From positions 51,710,001 through 51,774,000 of the forward strand of contig CM059432.1 in the NCBI GenBank assembly GCA_030390025.1: 64,000 nucleotides of DNA, given 5' to 3'. The stretch is from Squalus acanthias. Taxonomy: Eukaryota. The notes beneath the pieces are model-generated. The model was given only the letters and a program-made list of their open reading frames with translations, made no database searches and was not told the origin of the DNA. Position numbers and translations under genes: made by a program. This document shows positions 22,798-34,817 of this stretch, in pieces (the first letter of the stretch is position 1; each line of letters opens with the position of its first letter).

Positions 22798-25700
22798 GGG
22801 CTAGAAATTTGTTATAGCAAAGGAATGGGCAGTGTTTAGTCTAAAAATGGTTAAGTAGCGCCAGGCGAAAATCATCTAGACTGCACACAAAATTCGTCCT
22901 CACTCCTCATTAAAATGATTGCAGTCATAATTCTAGTCTAAAAACCCAAGCTCATTGGCGTTACACTGAAAAGATGGACCAATATCGGGTGTGGTCTAAA
23001 CTCAATTAATGATTGCCACCAGCTTTTTTCACTACTTAAAGGGGAGGTTCATTGATGCTGCAGCACCTCATTCTCAGCATTGTTAGGTGTGCAGCTGCCT
23101 CAACAACCATAAGAAGAAGGATAAGGAGAAGGAGCACTTATTTACAAATGCTGATGGCAGATCGCAACCCCAGGGAGAGAGCCTGGAGGTTTTCGGATGA
23201 AGCATTGGAGGCATTGATTTTAGTGGTGGAGAGAAGGCGGGTAGTCCTGTCCCTGCCAACTGGCAGGAGGCCCTCACCTCAAGTCTGCTGGACTATGTGG
23301 AGGGAGGTGGCACACGTCACAGGCAGCACTGTGGTCCCCAGGACCCGCACACAGTGCAGGAAGAAGTTTAACGAGCTCACACGGGTGGTCAGGGTGAGTG
23401 AAGGCTTCAATAAATGTTACATGCCACCATCTGTGCCACAAGCTTGTGTTTGCTAGTGCTGTTGGAGAGGGTTTAAACTAAAATGGCAGGGGGTTGGGAA
23501 CCTGTGCAGGGAGACAGAGGAAAGGGAAGCAAGGATAGAAGCAAAAGACAGGAAGGAGAAAAGTAAAAGTGGCAGTCAGAGAAATCAAGGGTGTAAATCA
23601 AACATGGCCACAGTAAATAATAATTCTAAAAGGTCTAAGAATTTTAAAAAAGCAAGCCTGCAGGCTTTGTATCTTAATGCAAGGAGCATTCGTAATAAGT
23701 TGGATGAATTGACTGTGCAAATAGATGTAAACGGATATGATATAATTGGGATTACGGAGACGTGGCTCCAAGGTGACCAAGGCTGTGAATTCAACATCCA
23801 GGGGTATTCAATATTCAAGAGGGACAGGCAAAAAGGAAAAGGAGGTGGGGTAGCATTGTTGGTTAAAGAGGAGATTAACACAATAGTAAGGAAGGATATT
23901 AGCTCTGATGATGTGGAATCTGTATGGGTAGAGCTGAGAAATACCAAGGGGCAGAAAACGTTAGTGGGAGTTGTATACAGACCCCCAAACAGTAATGCTG
24001 AGGTTGGGGATGGCATTAAATGGGAAATTAGAGATGTGTGCAATAAGGGCACAGCAGTTATCATGGGTGACTTTAATCTACATATAGATTAGGCTAACCA
24101 AATTAGTAACAATACTGTGGAGGAGGAATTCCTAGAGTGTATACGGGATGGTTTCCTGCACCAATATGTCGAGGAACCAACTAGAGATCAGGCCATCCTA
24201 GACTGGGTATTATGTAATGAGAAAGGATTAATTAGCAATCTTGTTGTGCGAGGCCCCTTGGGGAGGAGCGATCATAATATGATAGAATTCTTCATTAAGA
24301 TGGAGAGTGAAGTAGTTGAATCAGAGACATGGGTCCTGAATTTAAATAAAGGAAACTACGATGGTATGAGGTGCGAATTGGCTAGGATGGATTGGGGAAT
24401 GTTACTTAAAGAGTTGATGGTGGATAGGCAATGGCAAACATTTAAAGATCGCAAGGATGAACTACAGAATTTGTTCATCCCTGTTTGGCATAAAAATAAA
24501 AAAAAAGGTGACTCAACCGTGGCTAACAAGGGAAATTAGGGATAGCATAAGATCCAAGGAGAGGACATATAAATTGGCCAGAAAAAGCAGCAAACCTGAG
24601 GATTGGGAGCAGTTTAGGATTCAGCAAAGGAGGACAAAGGGATTAATTAAGAGGGGGAAAATAGAGTATGAGAGTAAGCTTGCAGGGAACATAAAAACTG
24701 ACTGTAAAAGCTTCTATAGATATGTGAAGAGAAAAAGATTGGTGAAGTGAAGCGTAGGTCCCTTGCAGTCAGAATCAGGGGAATTTATAATGGGGAACAA
24801 AGAAATGGCAGACCAATTAAATACATACTTTGGTTCTGTCTTCACAAAGGAGGACACAAATAACCTCCCAGAGATGTTGGGGAACATAGGGTCTAATGAG
24901 AGGGAAGAACAGAATGAAATCAGTATTTATAGGGAAATGGTGTTAGGGAAATTGATGGGATTGAAGGCTGATAAATCCCCAGGGCCTGATAATTTACATC
25001 CTAGGGTACTTTACGAAGTGGCCCTAGAAATAGTAGATGCATTGCTGGTCATCTTCCAAAATTCTATAGACTCTGGAACAGTTCCCATGGATTGGAGGGT
25101 ATCTAATGTAACCCCACTATTTAAAAAAGGTGGGAGAGAGAAAACGGGGAATTATAGACTGGTAAGCCTGACATCGGTTGTGGGGAAAATGCTAGAGTCC
25201 ATTATAAAAGATGTAATGGCAGAGCACTTGGAAAACAGTGACAGGATTGGACAAAGTCAATATGGATTTACAAAAGGTAAATCATGCTTGACTAATCTAC
25301 TGGAATTTTTTGAGGATGTAACTGGTAGAATAGATAAGGGAGAACCAGTGGATGTGGTGTATTTGGACTTTCAGAAGGCTTTCGATAAGAGATTGCCGTG
25401 CAAAGTTAAAGCACATGGAATTGGCGGTAAGATACTGACTTGGATAGAGAACTGGTTGGCAGACAGGAAGCAAAGAGTTGGAATAAACGGGTCTTTTTCC
25501 GAGTGGCAGGCAGTGACTAGTGGGGTACCGCAGGGATCGGTGCTAGGACCCCAGTTATTCACAATATATATCAATGATCTAGACGAGGGAACTAGATGTA
25601 ATATCTCCAAGTTTGCAGACAACACAAAGCTGGGTGGGAGTGTGTGTTGTGAGGAGGATGCAGAGAAACTCCAGTATGATTTGGACAGGTTGGGTGATTG

Positions 25701-27913
25701 GGCAGATGCATAGCAGATGCAGTATAATGTGGATAAATGCGAGGTTATCCACTTTGGTGGCAAAAACAGGAAGGAAATTATTATCTGAATGGCAATAGAT
25801 TGGGAAAAGGGGAAGTGCAACGAGACGTGGGAGTCCTTGTGCACCAGTCGTTGAAGGTAAGCATACAGGTGCAGCAGGCAGTTAAGAAAGCAAATGGTAT
25901 GTTGGCCTTCATAGCGAGAGGATTCGAGTACAGGAGCAAGGATGTCTTGCTGCAGTTGTACAGGGCCTTGGTGAGACCACACCTTGAGTATTGTGTGCAG
26001 TTTTGGTCGCCTTATCTGAGGAAGGATGTTCTTGCCATGGAGGGAGTGCAGCGAAGATTCACCAGACTGACACCTGGGATGGCAGGAATGACGTATGAAG
26101 AGAGATTGGGACGATTGGGCTTGTATTCGCTAGAGTTTAGAAGAATGAGAGAGGATCTCATTGAAACTTATAAAATTCTAACAGGACTAGACAGACTGGA
26201 TGCAGGAAGGATGTTCCTGATGGCGGGGGAGTCCAGAACCAGGAGTCACAGTCTAAGGATAAGGGGTAATCCATTTAGGACTGAGATGAGGAGGAATTTC
26301 TTCATCCAGAGAGTGGTGAACCTGTGGAATTCTCTACCACAGAAGGAAGTTGAGGCCAATTCATTAAATATATTCAAGAAGGAGTTAGATATATTTCTTA
26401 AGGCTAAAGGGATCAAGGGATATGGGGAGAAAGCAGGGACAGGGTACTGAATTTGGATGATCAGCCATGATCTCATTAAATGGCGGAGCAGGCTCGAGGG
26501 GCTGAATGGCCTACTCCTGCTCCTATCTTCTATGTTTCCATGTTTCTGTAAGCTTCACACACTGCTCAATGCGCCACACCCCCAGCACTCACCCACCAAC
26601 AATCTCTATCTAGCAACACTCACACCCACATCTCACACCTTGCACACAATGGCAGCTATTCAATTGTGGCAGGCACAAGGGTCATTAGTTATTAGAATTC
26701 ATGTGATATGTGTGATATGTTTATAGATAAATTTATTAATTGTGTTTGGAATATTTTGTGATTTCTCTCATTTCACCTTTGCGCCCAGGAGGACGCTGTG
26801 ATATGGCATGAGACAGGGATTGTATCATGGGGATGTTGTGAGCAACGGGGATCTGGGGTTTCAGTCATGCAAAACAGAGTCTGATGAGCCGGTCATGGAC
26901 AGCCCATCCGGAAGGCCGATTGTCCCGTTGCCTCCTCTCTCCCTCCTTTTCCTCCTCCTCCTCATCCTCCTCCTCATCCTCCTCTCTCCTCCTCCTGAGG
27001 TGGTCCCGCAATCTCTGGTGGCAAGGGCTGCGCCCTCATGATGGCCAAGTTGTGGAGCATACAGTAGACCACCACGAAATGGGACACCCGCTCTGGCGAG
27101 TACTGGAGGGCTCCTCCTGAGCGGTCAAGGTAGCGGAACCGTTGCTTCAATAAGTCGATGGTCTGCTTGATGATGTTCCTGGTGGCAGCATGGCTCTCAT
27201 TATACGAGTGCTGGGCACGAGCGTTGGGGTTGTGGATGGGAGTGATGAACCAGGTGGAGAGCGGATACCCCTTGTCTCCGAGCAGCCACCCTCGAGCTTG
27301 ATGTGGTGGCTGGAAGAGTGCTGGCACACCGGTCTGGTGCAGGATGAAAGCATTGTGGCTGCTGCCAGGATAGCGGACATTGACACTGAGCATTCGTTGT
27401 CTGTGGTCGCACACCAACTGCACATTAAGTGAGTGAGTGAGTTTTAGCAAGTGTTGTACTTTGAAGCCTTTCAAAAATAATGAGGGAGTTTAGTATTTGC
27501 CAGAACACTCCCTGATACCAAAGAGCCTTGAAATTACTAAGCAAAACTTGTCCAGTAGCAGGAATTAGCACACAGCCGCTCAAACTGCAAAACCCTGACA
27601 GGTGTGAGTGATTGGTGAGGATCCCTTTAAATAGCGTCGCTGCAGTCGGCTTCCTGCTGCTGCACGCTTCCTGAAGCTGTCGTTGCTTTCTCCAGCCAGT
27701 AAGCACATTGGCTAAAATAAAGTTGGGAGATCGGGCGTCCAGTGAGCGTTGCACACCCACTGACATCACGATCTCCATCATGGTGAGCTCTCTGGTGATC
27801 GAGGTTACCGGCATCGCTACCAGCACCACCGATATGTCCTGCTGGATCAGGCATCAGCTGTTGTTACAGCTGTCAACGACACTTTAGCGCCATCTCCTGA
27901 GAATTTCTCCCCC
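22798..27913 (-). mobile_element. Harbinger H2b (same family as H2a, opposite orientation): Myb exon 1 on plus (~23151-23393), transposase C-terminus on minus (~27430-26900)
   Basis: GGGCTAGAAATT / AATTTCTCCCCC; RERAWRFSDEALEAL..QCRKKFNEL|gtgagt; SLNVQLVCD, WLLGDKGYP, LKQRFRYLD, MLHNL. Confidence 0.9.
23446..26549 (+). mobile_element. CR1 LINE with the end of ORF1 and near-complete disrupted ORF2 (APE plus RT), inserted in the H2b Myb intron
   Basis: YLNARSI, GITETW, VYRPP, MGDFN, SDH; RT with FADN; stops at 24092, 24750, 25713 and frameshifts; TSD AAGCTT at 23440-45 and 26550-55. Confidence 0.97.
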
Positions 27914-28880
27914 TGTATGTCTTCCTTGTTTCTTGGCGACCAGAACTGGACGCAGTATATAATATACGGTCTAACTAGAGCACTATAAACTTTGATCATT
28001 GCTGCTCTGCATTGGTTGGACATATTTAGCATCGAGTCTACTAAGACTCCTCGGTCTCTTTCAGTCTCATCCTTAGCTGTTACAACATCATTTATACATG
28101 TGTCTTTTTTTTCTTTCCAGGTGTTGAACTTTACATTTGTCTGCATAAAATTTCATCTGCCATTGTTCTGGCCACTTACATATCTCGTCCAACTCATTCT
28201 GTAATTTGGCCACCTTGCATTGAGTTTCTGAATGCAGGTTATTTATGTAATTTAGAAACAGTTGAAGTCCCAGTACTGAGCCCTGAGGCACCATACTCAG
28301 TATTCCCTGCACCCCCCACCCCACTCTAACATAACTCATCTAATGAGTGCTCATTGTTTCCTTCCCAGGGTCTACTCCGAATCCACACAGCTTTGACTTT
28401 AATTAATAGTTTTTTTTGTGGAACTTTGTCAAAAAGCCTTTTGGAAGTTAAGGTACACCATGTTATAGGGCTTACCACAGTCCAGGTAGGTTGTTACATC
28501 CTCAAAGAAGTTGAGGAGGTTGGTCAGGAAGGATCTTTCCATTCTTAATCCATGTACACTGCTGTTTACTCGATTGTTATTGTACAGATGGTCCTCAAGT
28601 TTACTCCTAGTAATCAGTTCCATTATTTTACATGGGATGGAAGTAAAACTAATGAGTCTGTAGTTGCCTGTGTCTGTTTTGCCCCAATTTTTGAATATAG
28701 GCACCACATTAGCCTGTTACCAATCTTTTGGCACCCCAGTGTCCAATGGCTCTTTCATAATTAGAGCTTCAAAAATGTCCCTTTCAGCACTATAGAATAA
28801 ATACCAATTATCTCTGGCTATTTATTTGTTGTTGAGTCTAATTAACCTGTCTAGGACTTCCATTTCATTTATAACAAAAT
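27914..28880 (-). mobile_element. 5' half of the split CR1-like LINE
   Basis: [53 protein letters not shown] ending at the Harbinger TIR. Confidence 0.85.
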
Positions 28881-28884
28881 CATT

Positions 28885-29490
28885 GATCCCGATTTTAACT
28901 CCTGGCAGAAACCGGGGAGCAGTGTGAGAGAGTTGAAATGGAATGGGAGACTTACCCACTCCTTTCCTGCCCCGATCTGACTGCTTGTTATTTTAAATTG
29001 TAGGCGGCAAGGACACCCACCCCTAGCTGGCAGGGTCCTCTTCAAATATGCAGATCAGGCTCTGATGACGTCATCGAGGCCCGGTCTGCCTTCTTAACTG
29101 GAAGCCTGAGTGGGGAAGCAGTGACGGCTTTGCCGTCAGGCCAAACCTGTCGGAGGCTGGATCGTGGGCCAGAAGAGGTCATTTACAAATTTTTTGGGGG
29201 GTTTCCTTGTGGGCCAGGAGGAGCAGGGGTGCTCCTCTGGGCCCCAAAGAAACCTGGGCCTCCCTTGCTCTGAGCTTCCCTTCCCCTCTCCTCCCCTGAT
29301 CACAATCACCACCGGACCCCATTCCCTCACCACTTACCTGAGTGTCGTGGATCATTCCCATGGGTCCCCAGCCTCGGCCTCTTGCCGCCCAAATTGTCAC
29401 TTCCGTCCGCCAGCCAGGCAGTGACTTCTGCCGGGTTCGGGCGGGAGTCGTGGTCTGGATATAGAAATAAGGCTAGGGAGTTAAAATCTC
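28885..29490. mobile_element. Non-autonomous Harbinger-like element, family C-related
   Basis: GATTTTAACTCC / GGAGTTAAAATC inverted ends; family C core at ~29205-29235. Confidence 0.65.
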
Positions 29491-30084
29491 TCAGTTCAAC
29501 AGTGGGACGTACTCAGGCACTCATCTCACTTATCTGATATGCTATTTAGCTATAACCTGTTGAATGGTCTTGTTTCTCCTTTGTACTGAGAACTCTTGTT
29601 TTTGCACTGTGAAATATTAGTAAATAATGTATTAATATGGATTGATGACATTTCTTTGTTTGCTATTTTGATTAAGTCATTAAAACCTTTGTTGAATTAA
29701 TGGACAGAGGAATGCATTTGTTACTAATATTGCACAGCACAATTTGAACCTCTTTATTCTAATTCAGCACTTATTCAAAGTTGAGGTACAGCAATGTATA
29801 TTGCCTGTTATAAATTTCTTAGCAGCAGATATTAATCTCATTCAAAGAGCAAGTAGCCTGCTGAGAAGGCCTGTGCCAATATTCTTGAACCCGGTGCTGG
29901 AAAGCACAGCTTGTCCTGTTCCTTAATCGCCTGATGTGACCCTGGACAGCTTGGCTGAGTACAGAAACTCGCCGTATAAGTGACTGCTGGCACAAGCTCA
30001 CATTCTGGATCCTACATGTAATAAATTCCTCCGGGGCAGATATTAAACATACCTGCAATGTAATATGTTAGCGCACCAATACAC

Positions 30085-30575
30085 CACAAGAACCTAAGAA
30101 ATAGGAGCAGGAGTAGGCTATTCAGTCCTTCGATCCTGCTCTGCCAATCAATAAGATCATGGCTGATCTTCTACCTCAACTCCACCTTCCCACACTATCC
30201 CCATATCCCTTTGTATCCAAAAATCTATTGATCTCTGTCTTGAATATACTCAACAACTGAGTATCCACAGCCCTCTGGGGTAGAGAATTTCAAAGATTCA
30301 CATCCCTCTGAGTGAAGAAATTTCTCCTCATCTCAGTCCTAAATGGCCGACCCCTTATTCTGAGACTGTGACCCCTGGTTCTAGACTCCCCAGCCAGGGG
30401 AAACATCCTCCCTGCATCTACCCTGTCAAGCACCTTAAGAATTTTATACATTTAAATGAGATCACCTCTCATTCTTCTAAACTCTAGGAAATATAAGCCA
30501 AGTCTACTCAATCTCTCCATCTCAGTGAATCTTTGTTGCACTCCCTCGAAAGCAAGTATATCCTCCCTTAGGGAG
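30085..30575 (-). mobile_element. CR1 3' fragment
   Basis: Colinear with 6860-7380 including the 3' UTR. Confidence 0.9.
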
Positions 30576-30774
30576 GGGACCATGCCACCTGGCCTTTTAT
30601 ACAATTAAGGGCAGAACTGTATTCTTATTTAATATGTTAGCATCAACACTAATGCAATAAAAAGAAACTTTTCCATAACCATGATAATAATTCAATATAA
30701 TTTACATGAGTCTCCAACACAGTTTATGTTCACAAGTCAAAAATTCACTGAAGCATCAGGCAAGAAATGATTTC

Positions 30775-31260
30775 AGTGCAGTAAAAATAAGGACATTTGC
30801 ATAGAGAAAATAAGGAGATTTACATAGTGAAAATAAGTATATTTGCATACACTGAAAATAAGGAGATTTGCATAGAGAAAATAAGGAGATTTACATAGTG
30901 AAAATAAGTATATTTGCATACACTGAAAATAAGGAGATTTGCATAGAGAAAATAAGGAGATTTACATAGTGAAAATAAGTATATTTGCATACACTGAAAA
31001 TAAGGAGATTTGCATGCTGTGAGAATAAGGAGATCTGCATAGTGAAAATATGGAGATTTGCATACAGTAAAAATAAGTGCATTTGCATACAGTGAAAATA
31101 AGGAGATTTGCATACAGTGGAAGTAAGTACATTTGCATACAGTGAAAATAAGGAGATTTGCATACAGTGGAAGTAAGTACATTTGCATACAGTGAAAATA
31201 AGGAGATTTGCATACAGTGGAAGTAAGTACATTTGCATACAGTGAAAATAAGGAGATTTA
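30775..31260. repeat. Minisatellite of 23-25-bp units with 71-bp and 50-bp higher-order periods
   Basis: Consensus CATACAGTGAAAATAAGGAGATTTG; about 20 units. Confidence 0.97.
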
Positions 31261-31491
31261 TCCTAACCCCCTACTGCCGGTCTCCATGATAACACCTCTC
31301 CTCACAGTCTCCCCTTCCTCCCCACCCCCTCCAATATTGAAAAGGAAGCTGTTTTTTGCCAATGTTACCATTTCCTCAATGTGTTGAGTCCTGACTGGGT
31401 TACAGTTCCACAGCTGGAAGTTGCCTCTAAACCTTGCACGTTTATGTGTGAGCCTTAACAGTGAGTGTGGGCAGGTTATTCCACCTTCCAC

Positions 31492-31945
31492 CAGCTGTGG
31501 CTCAGTTGGTAGCACAGTCATTTCTGAGTTAGAAGGTTGTGGGTTCAAGCCCACTCCAGGAACTTGAGCACATAAAGCTAGGCTGACACTGCAGTGCTGA
31601 GGGAGTGCTGCACTGTCGGAGGTGCTGTCTTTCGGATGAGATGAAGCCTCATCTGCTCTCTTGTGTGGACGTAAAAGATCCCATGGCACTATTTCGAAGA
31701 AGAGCAGGGGAGTTATCTCCAGTGTCCTGGCCAATATTTATCTCTCAATCAACATAACAAAAACAAATTATCTGGTCATTATCACATTGCTGTTTGTGGG
31801 AGCTTGCTGTGTGCAAATTGGCTGCCGCGTTTCCTACATTACAACAGTGACTCCACTTCAAAAGTATTTCATTGGCTGTAAAGCGCTTTGAGACGTCTGG
31901 TGGTCGTGAAAGGCGCTATATAAATGCAAGTCTTTCTTTTTCTTT
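31492..31945 (+). mobile_element. Full-length tRNA-headed Deu-domain SINE with L2-like tail
   Basis: Box A TGGCTCAGTTGG, box B GGTTCAAGCCC; tail GTGAAAGGCGCTATATAAATGCAAG resembles the L2 tail at 4285-4315. Confidence 0.9.
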
Positions 31946-32039
31946 TTGGTGGCATCACTGTGTGTTGCCATCAATTGACATCTACCTACATGTAAACTTT
32001 GAACTAGGATTTCTGGATAGCAGTCAAGAGTACCTGGTT

Positions 32040-32410
32040 ATGTTTTTGAGTTTTTACTTTGGATTTTTCAAATGTTTTTCAAATTCAGCTTTTCATACCT
32101 TTCCCATAGGTGAGTCCTTGCCCTCTTTGAATCCTTATGCATTTACCTGCCTACTAGCTAAGAAATGTAAAGTGAGCTCAGGACTTGAAAACAGAAAACT
32201 ATTTTATTATATTTTGGCTTAATATTTCTATCATGTGCCTTCCTTGACTTCAGAAGGTGGTAGAATAAACATTTCACTAGACCATTGCTTAGGTTGTAAA
32301 CTGTCAAACAGATTTATTAACTAGTCAATAGGTAAGTGAACAGAAGCAATGATGCACTCTACATTTATAGTGTTTACAGGCTTAACTACCTCTCTTTGGA
32401 TTTGATAGAA
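32040..32410 (-). mobile_element. Old repeat homologous to 3750-3990 (possible LTR element leader)
   Basis: CTTGACTTCAGAAGGTGGTAGAATAAACA..TTCACTAGACCAT is the reverse complement of 3799-3844. Confidence 0.6.
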
Positions 32411-33817
32411 AATAGACAGTTGCATCTACTATGCTAAACTGCAGTCTAAACTGGACCATACACAGGATCCCAGAATATTAACCTTTACATGGCAGTTTGT
32501 TGCTGACAATCTATAGAGTCTCTCTCTAGCCTCTCTCTCTCTTTCTCTTTCAATGATGGCTTCAGACTCAATTGTTTAAGAAATACATTTAAAAAATGAT
32601 TACGAGAAAAGTAATTGAAATATCTGGGGTGGATCTTTCTAACAAAACTGCCCATTTTTTGGGTGGCTCTGGGTTGAACATAGGAAATGGGACAGAAAGG
32701 ACTCTCGTTGAATCTCCACCACTAAAAATGGCTGCAGATCTTTTCCTTCCACAACCGCCCCCCACCCCCCTCACTTCCCCCCTTCCTCTCCCCCACCCGT
32801 TTGAGGGTGAATCTTACCGCCCACCACATGCCTGCTCTGCCGCATGTAAAGGATAATGAGTAAGCAGGGCTTAATGTTCCATTGCATTTTCCTTCCATTA
32901 TGCCCTTGGTCTGTCTCTGGTAAACAACACCTGCTTAGAATTTCACTCGACCATTGCTTAGGTTATAAACTGTCAAATAGATTTATTAACCTAGTCAATA
33001 GATAAGTGAACAGAAGCAATGATGCACTCTACAGTTATAGTGTTTACAGGCTTAACTACCTTTCTTTGGATTTGATAGGAAGATAATATTGGTAGGACTT
33101 GTTTTGCAGCCACGATGTCACAGGTCAGCAGTTTCATCCTGCAGTGTGCTGCACCAACTCAGGAATCCAGCAAGGTTCAGCTCATTCTTTTCCCTCTGCA
33201 GTTAAGAGGCATTTCTGAAGTAGCTAGCCAGCCCCTTGATGTTGCGGGACCGTGGCAAAGAATGAGGTCAAATTCAAGTGGTGAGGCCTACTGCCAGGTA
33301 AGGGGGAGGTCTGTGTCTTCAGTCGATTTCCCATCCATCATCCATCCCACTTGCTTCCACTTCCTGGGACCACCATGTGGAAGGTGGTGTTGGCCCCAGG
33401 ATGTGGTGGTAAAGGCCTCAAGTTCCCCCTGTGGAGGGAAAGGGTTGTGTAGTGGCCTCCTCTTCCTTCAAGTGAGGCACAGCACTTACTTGCTGAATGC
33501 CTCAGTCTCAGCCAAGGCCTGCATGGGGAACCTTCCTGCCACATTAAGGAAGCTTCTGCCCCTTTAAGGCTGTCTCCTTTGGTGTAGCAGCAGCCTCCCC
33601 GTAGCAGCACCACTGGTATTTTCTGCTCTCACACTGGAAGGCTCATTCTTGATGCAAAGAAGCCTGTTGGGAGCCCTCCATACATATAGAATGAACCCCA
33701 ACCCAGAAAAACAGTCAAGGTTGGAGCAGATCTGGAGGGACAGACAAAAGTCCCGCCCTGCATGGAACTCCTCCCAATGGGAAGAATTTCCCCCATCCCA
33801 TGTCTCTTCCACATAAT

Positions 33818-34817
33818 GGTGCTAAAGAGCCTCCGAGGTGGACAAGATGGGGTCTTAAGCTACAACGCCGGTTTAGCCCGCATTTAGCGCAAGATGCCAT
33901 CTTGGTAAAGGAGTTGAAGTGCATGCTAGGGACGGCCGCCTGGAGGATCATTAAGGGGCTGATTGACAATTAAATTGCCTGCTAGTGCTTATTAAAGAGG
34001 CTGCATGCCATTTTGGTGTCTAGCGCTTGACCGAAAGCCCTCTCCTAACAGTGACCAGCTGATTGGGAGTAAACTAGTCAAAGCAGAGGAGTTTGATTGC
34101 TACTTAAAGATATATTACCTTTTACTGTTCACTTGCTGCTGGAGGTTTGAAACACATCGGGAGACTTTCTGGGACACTTTTTCAAGACTTCACCAACACT
34201 CTTGTCCACATTTATTCTGGAAATTCTCTGAGGACTTCACCTAAGAAGAGTTAGTGCTATGCTACTGTACCTTATTGGACACCTTAAAGGAGTCACCAGG
34301 AGAAAGGGAGTGCTTGGTCATCGGCATCTTGCTAGGAATCCCCCTTGGTCTGGACAAGGAATGGAAGGAGGACATGAGGCCAGGCAGAGCAGCACGAGAT
34401 GCTGTATGAAAGAGGGACAGAAGGGCCAGGAGGGGGAGGTGGACTCCTTTCCCCCTGCGAGTACAGGACATCGCTCCTCCTCTGGACCTCCTCCACCAGG
34501 ACCTCTGGTGCCGCATCCGAGAACCTGTGCGCCCTCTCACTCTGTCCCTGAGCCATCCTGAAACCTGCCGCTGTGTGTCAGCCAGCCGACTCTATACCTT
34601 CAGTGGAAGCAGATGAGTACAGGTTACATATACATTTCCAGGAAAATTGTGTCTAATCAGGACTTGAGTGCTAAACCTGCAGTTGTTGGTTTCAACGCCT
34701 GCAGGCACGTTTAAATCATGATAATCATCAATTAGCCCGAAAATTGTGTGCTGAATCCACACTTTCAAACGGGCATTCCTTATTCGCACAGAACCCATTT
34801 AGCACCTGTTTTCACCC
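33818..34817. mobile_element. Non-autonomous Harbinger deletion derivative with Myb start (minus, 34556-34400)
   Basis: MAQGQSERAHRFSDAAPEVLVEEVQRRSDVL; inverted GGTGCTAAA / TTTAGCACC near the ends. Confidence 0.7.

Noticed and set aside
30820..31238. Repetitive hydrophobic ORFs, and a possible CRISPR-like array
   Set aside because: The ORFs are translations of the minisatellite. Units are contiguous with no unique spacers, and the context is eukaryotic.
31492..31570. tRNA gene
   Set aside because: The A/B boxes belong to a SINE head that continues into the Deu domain.
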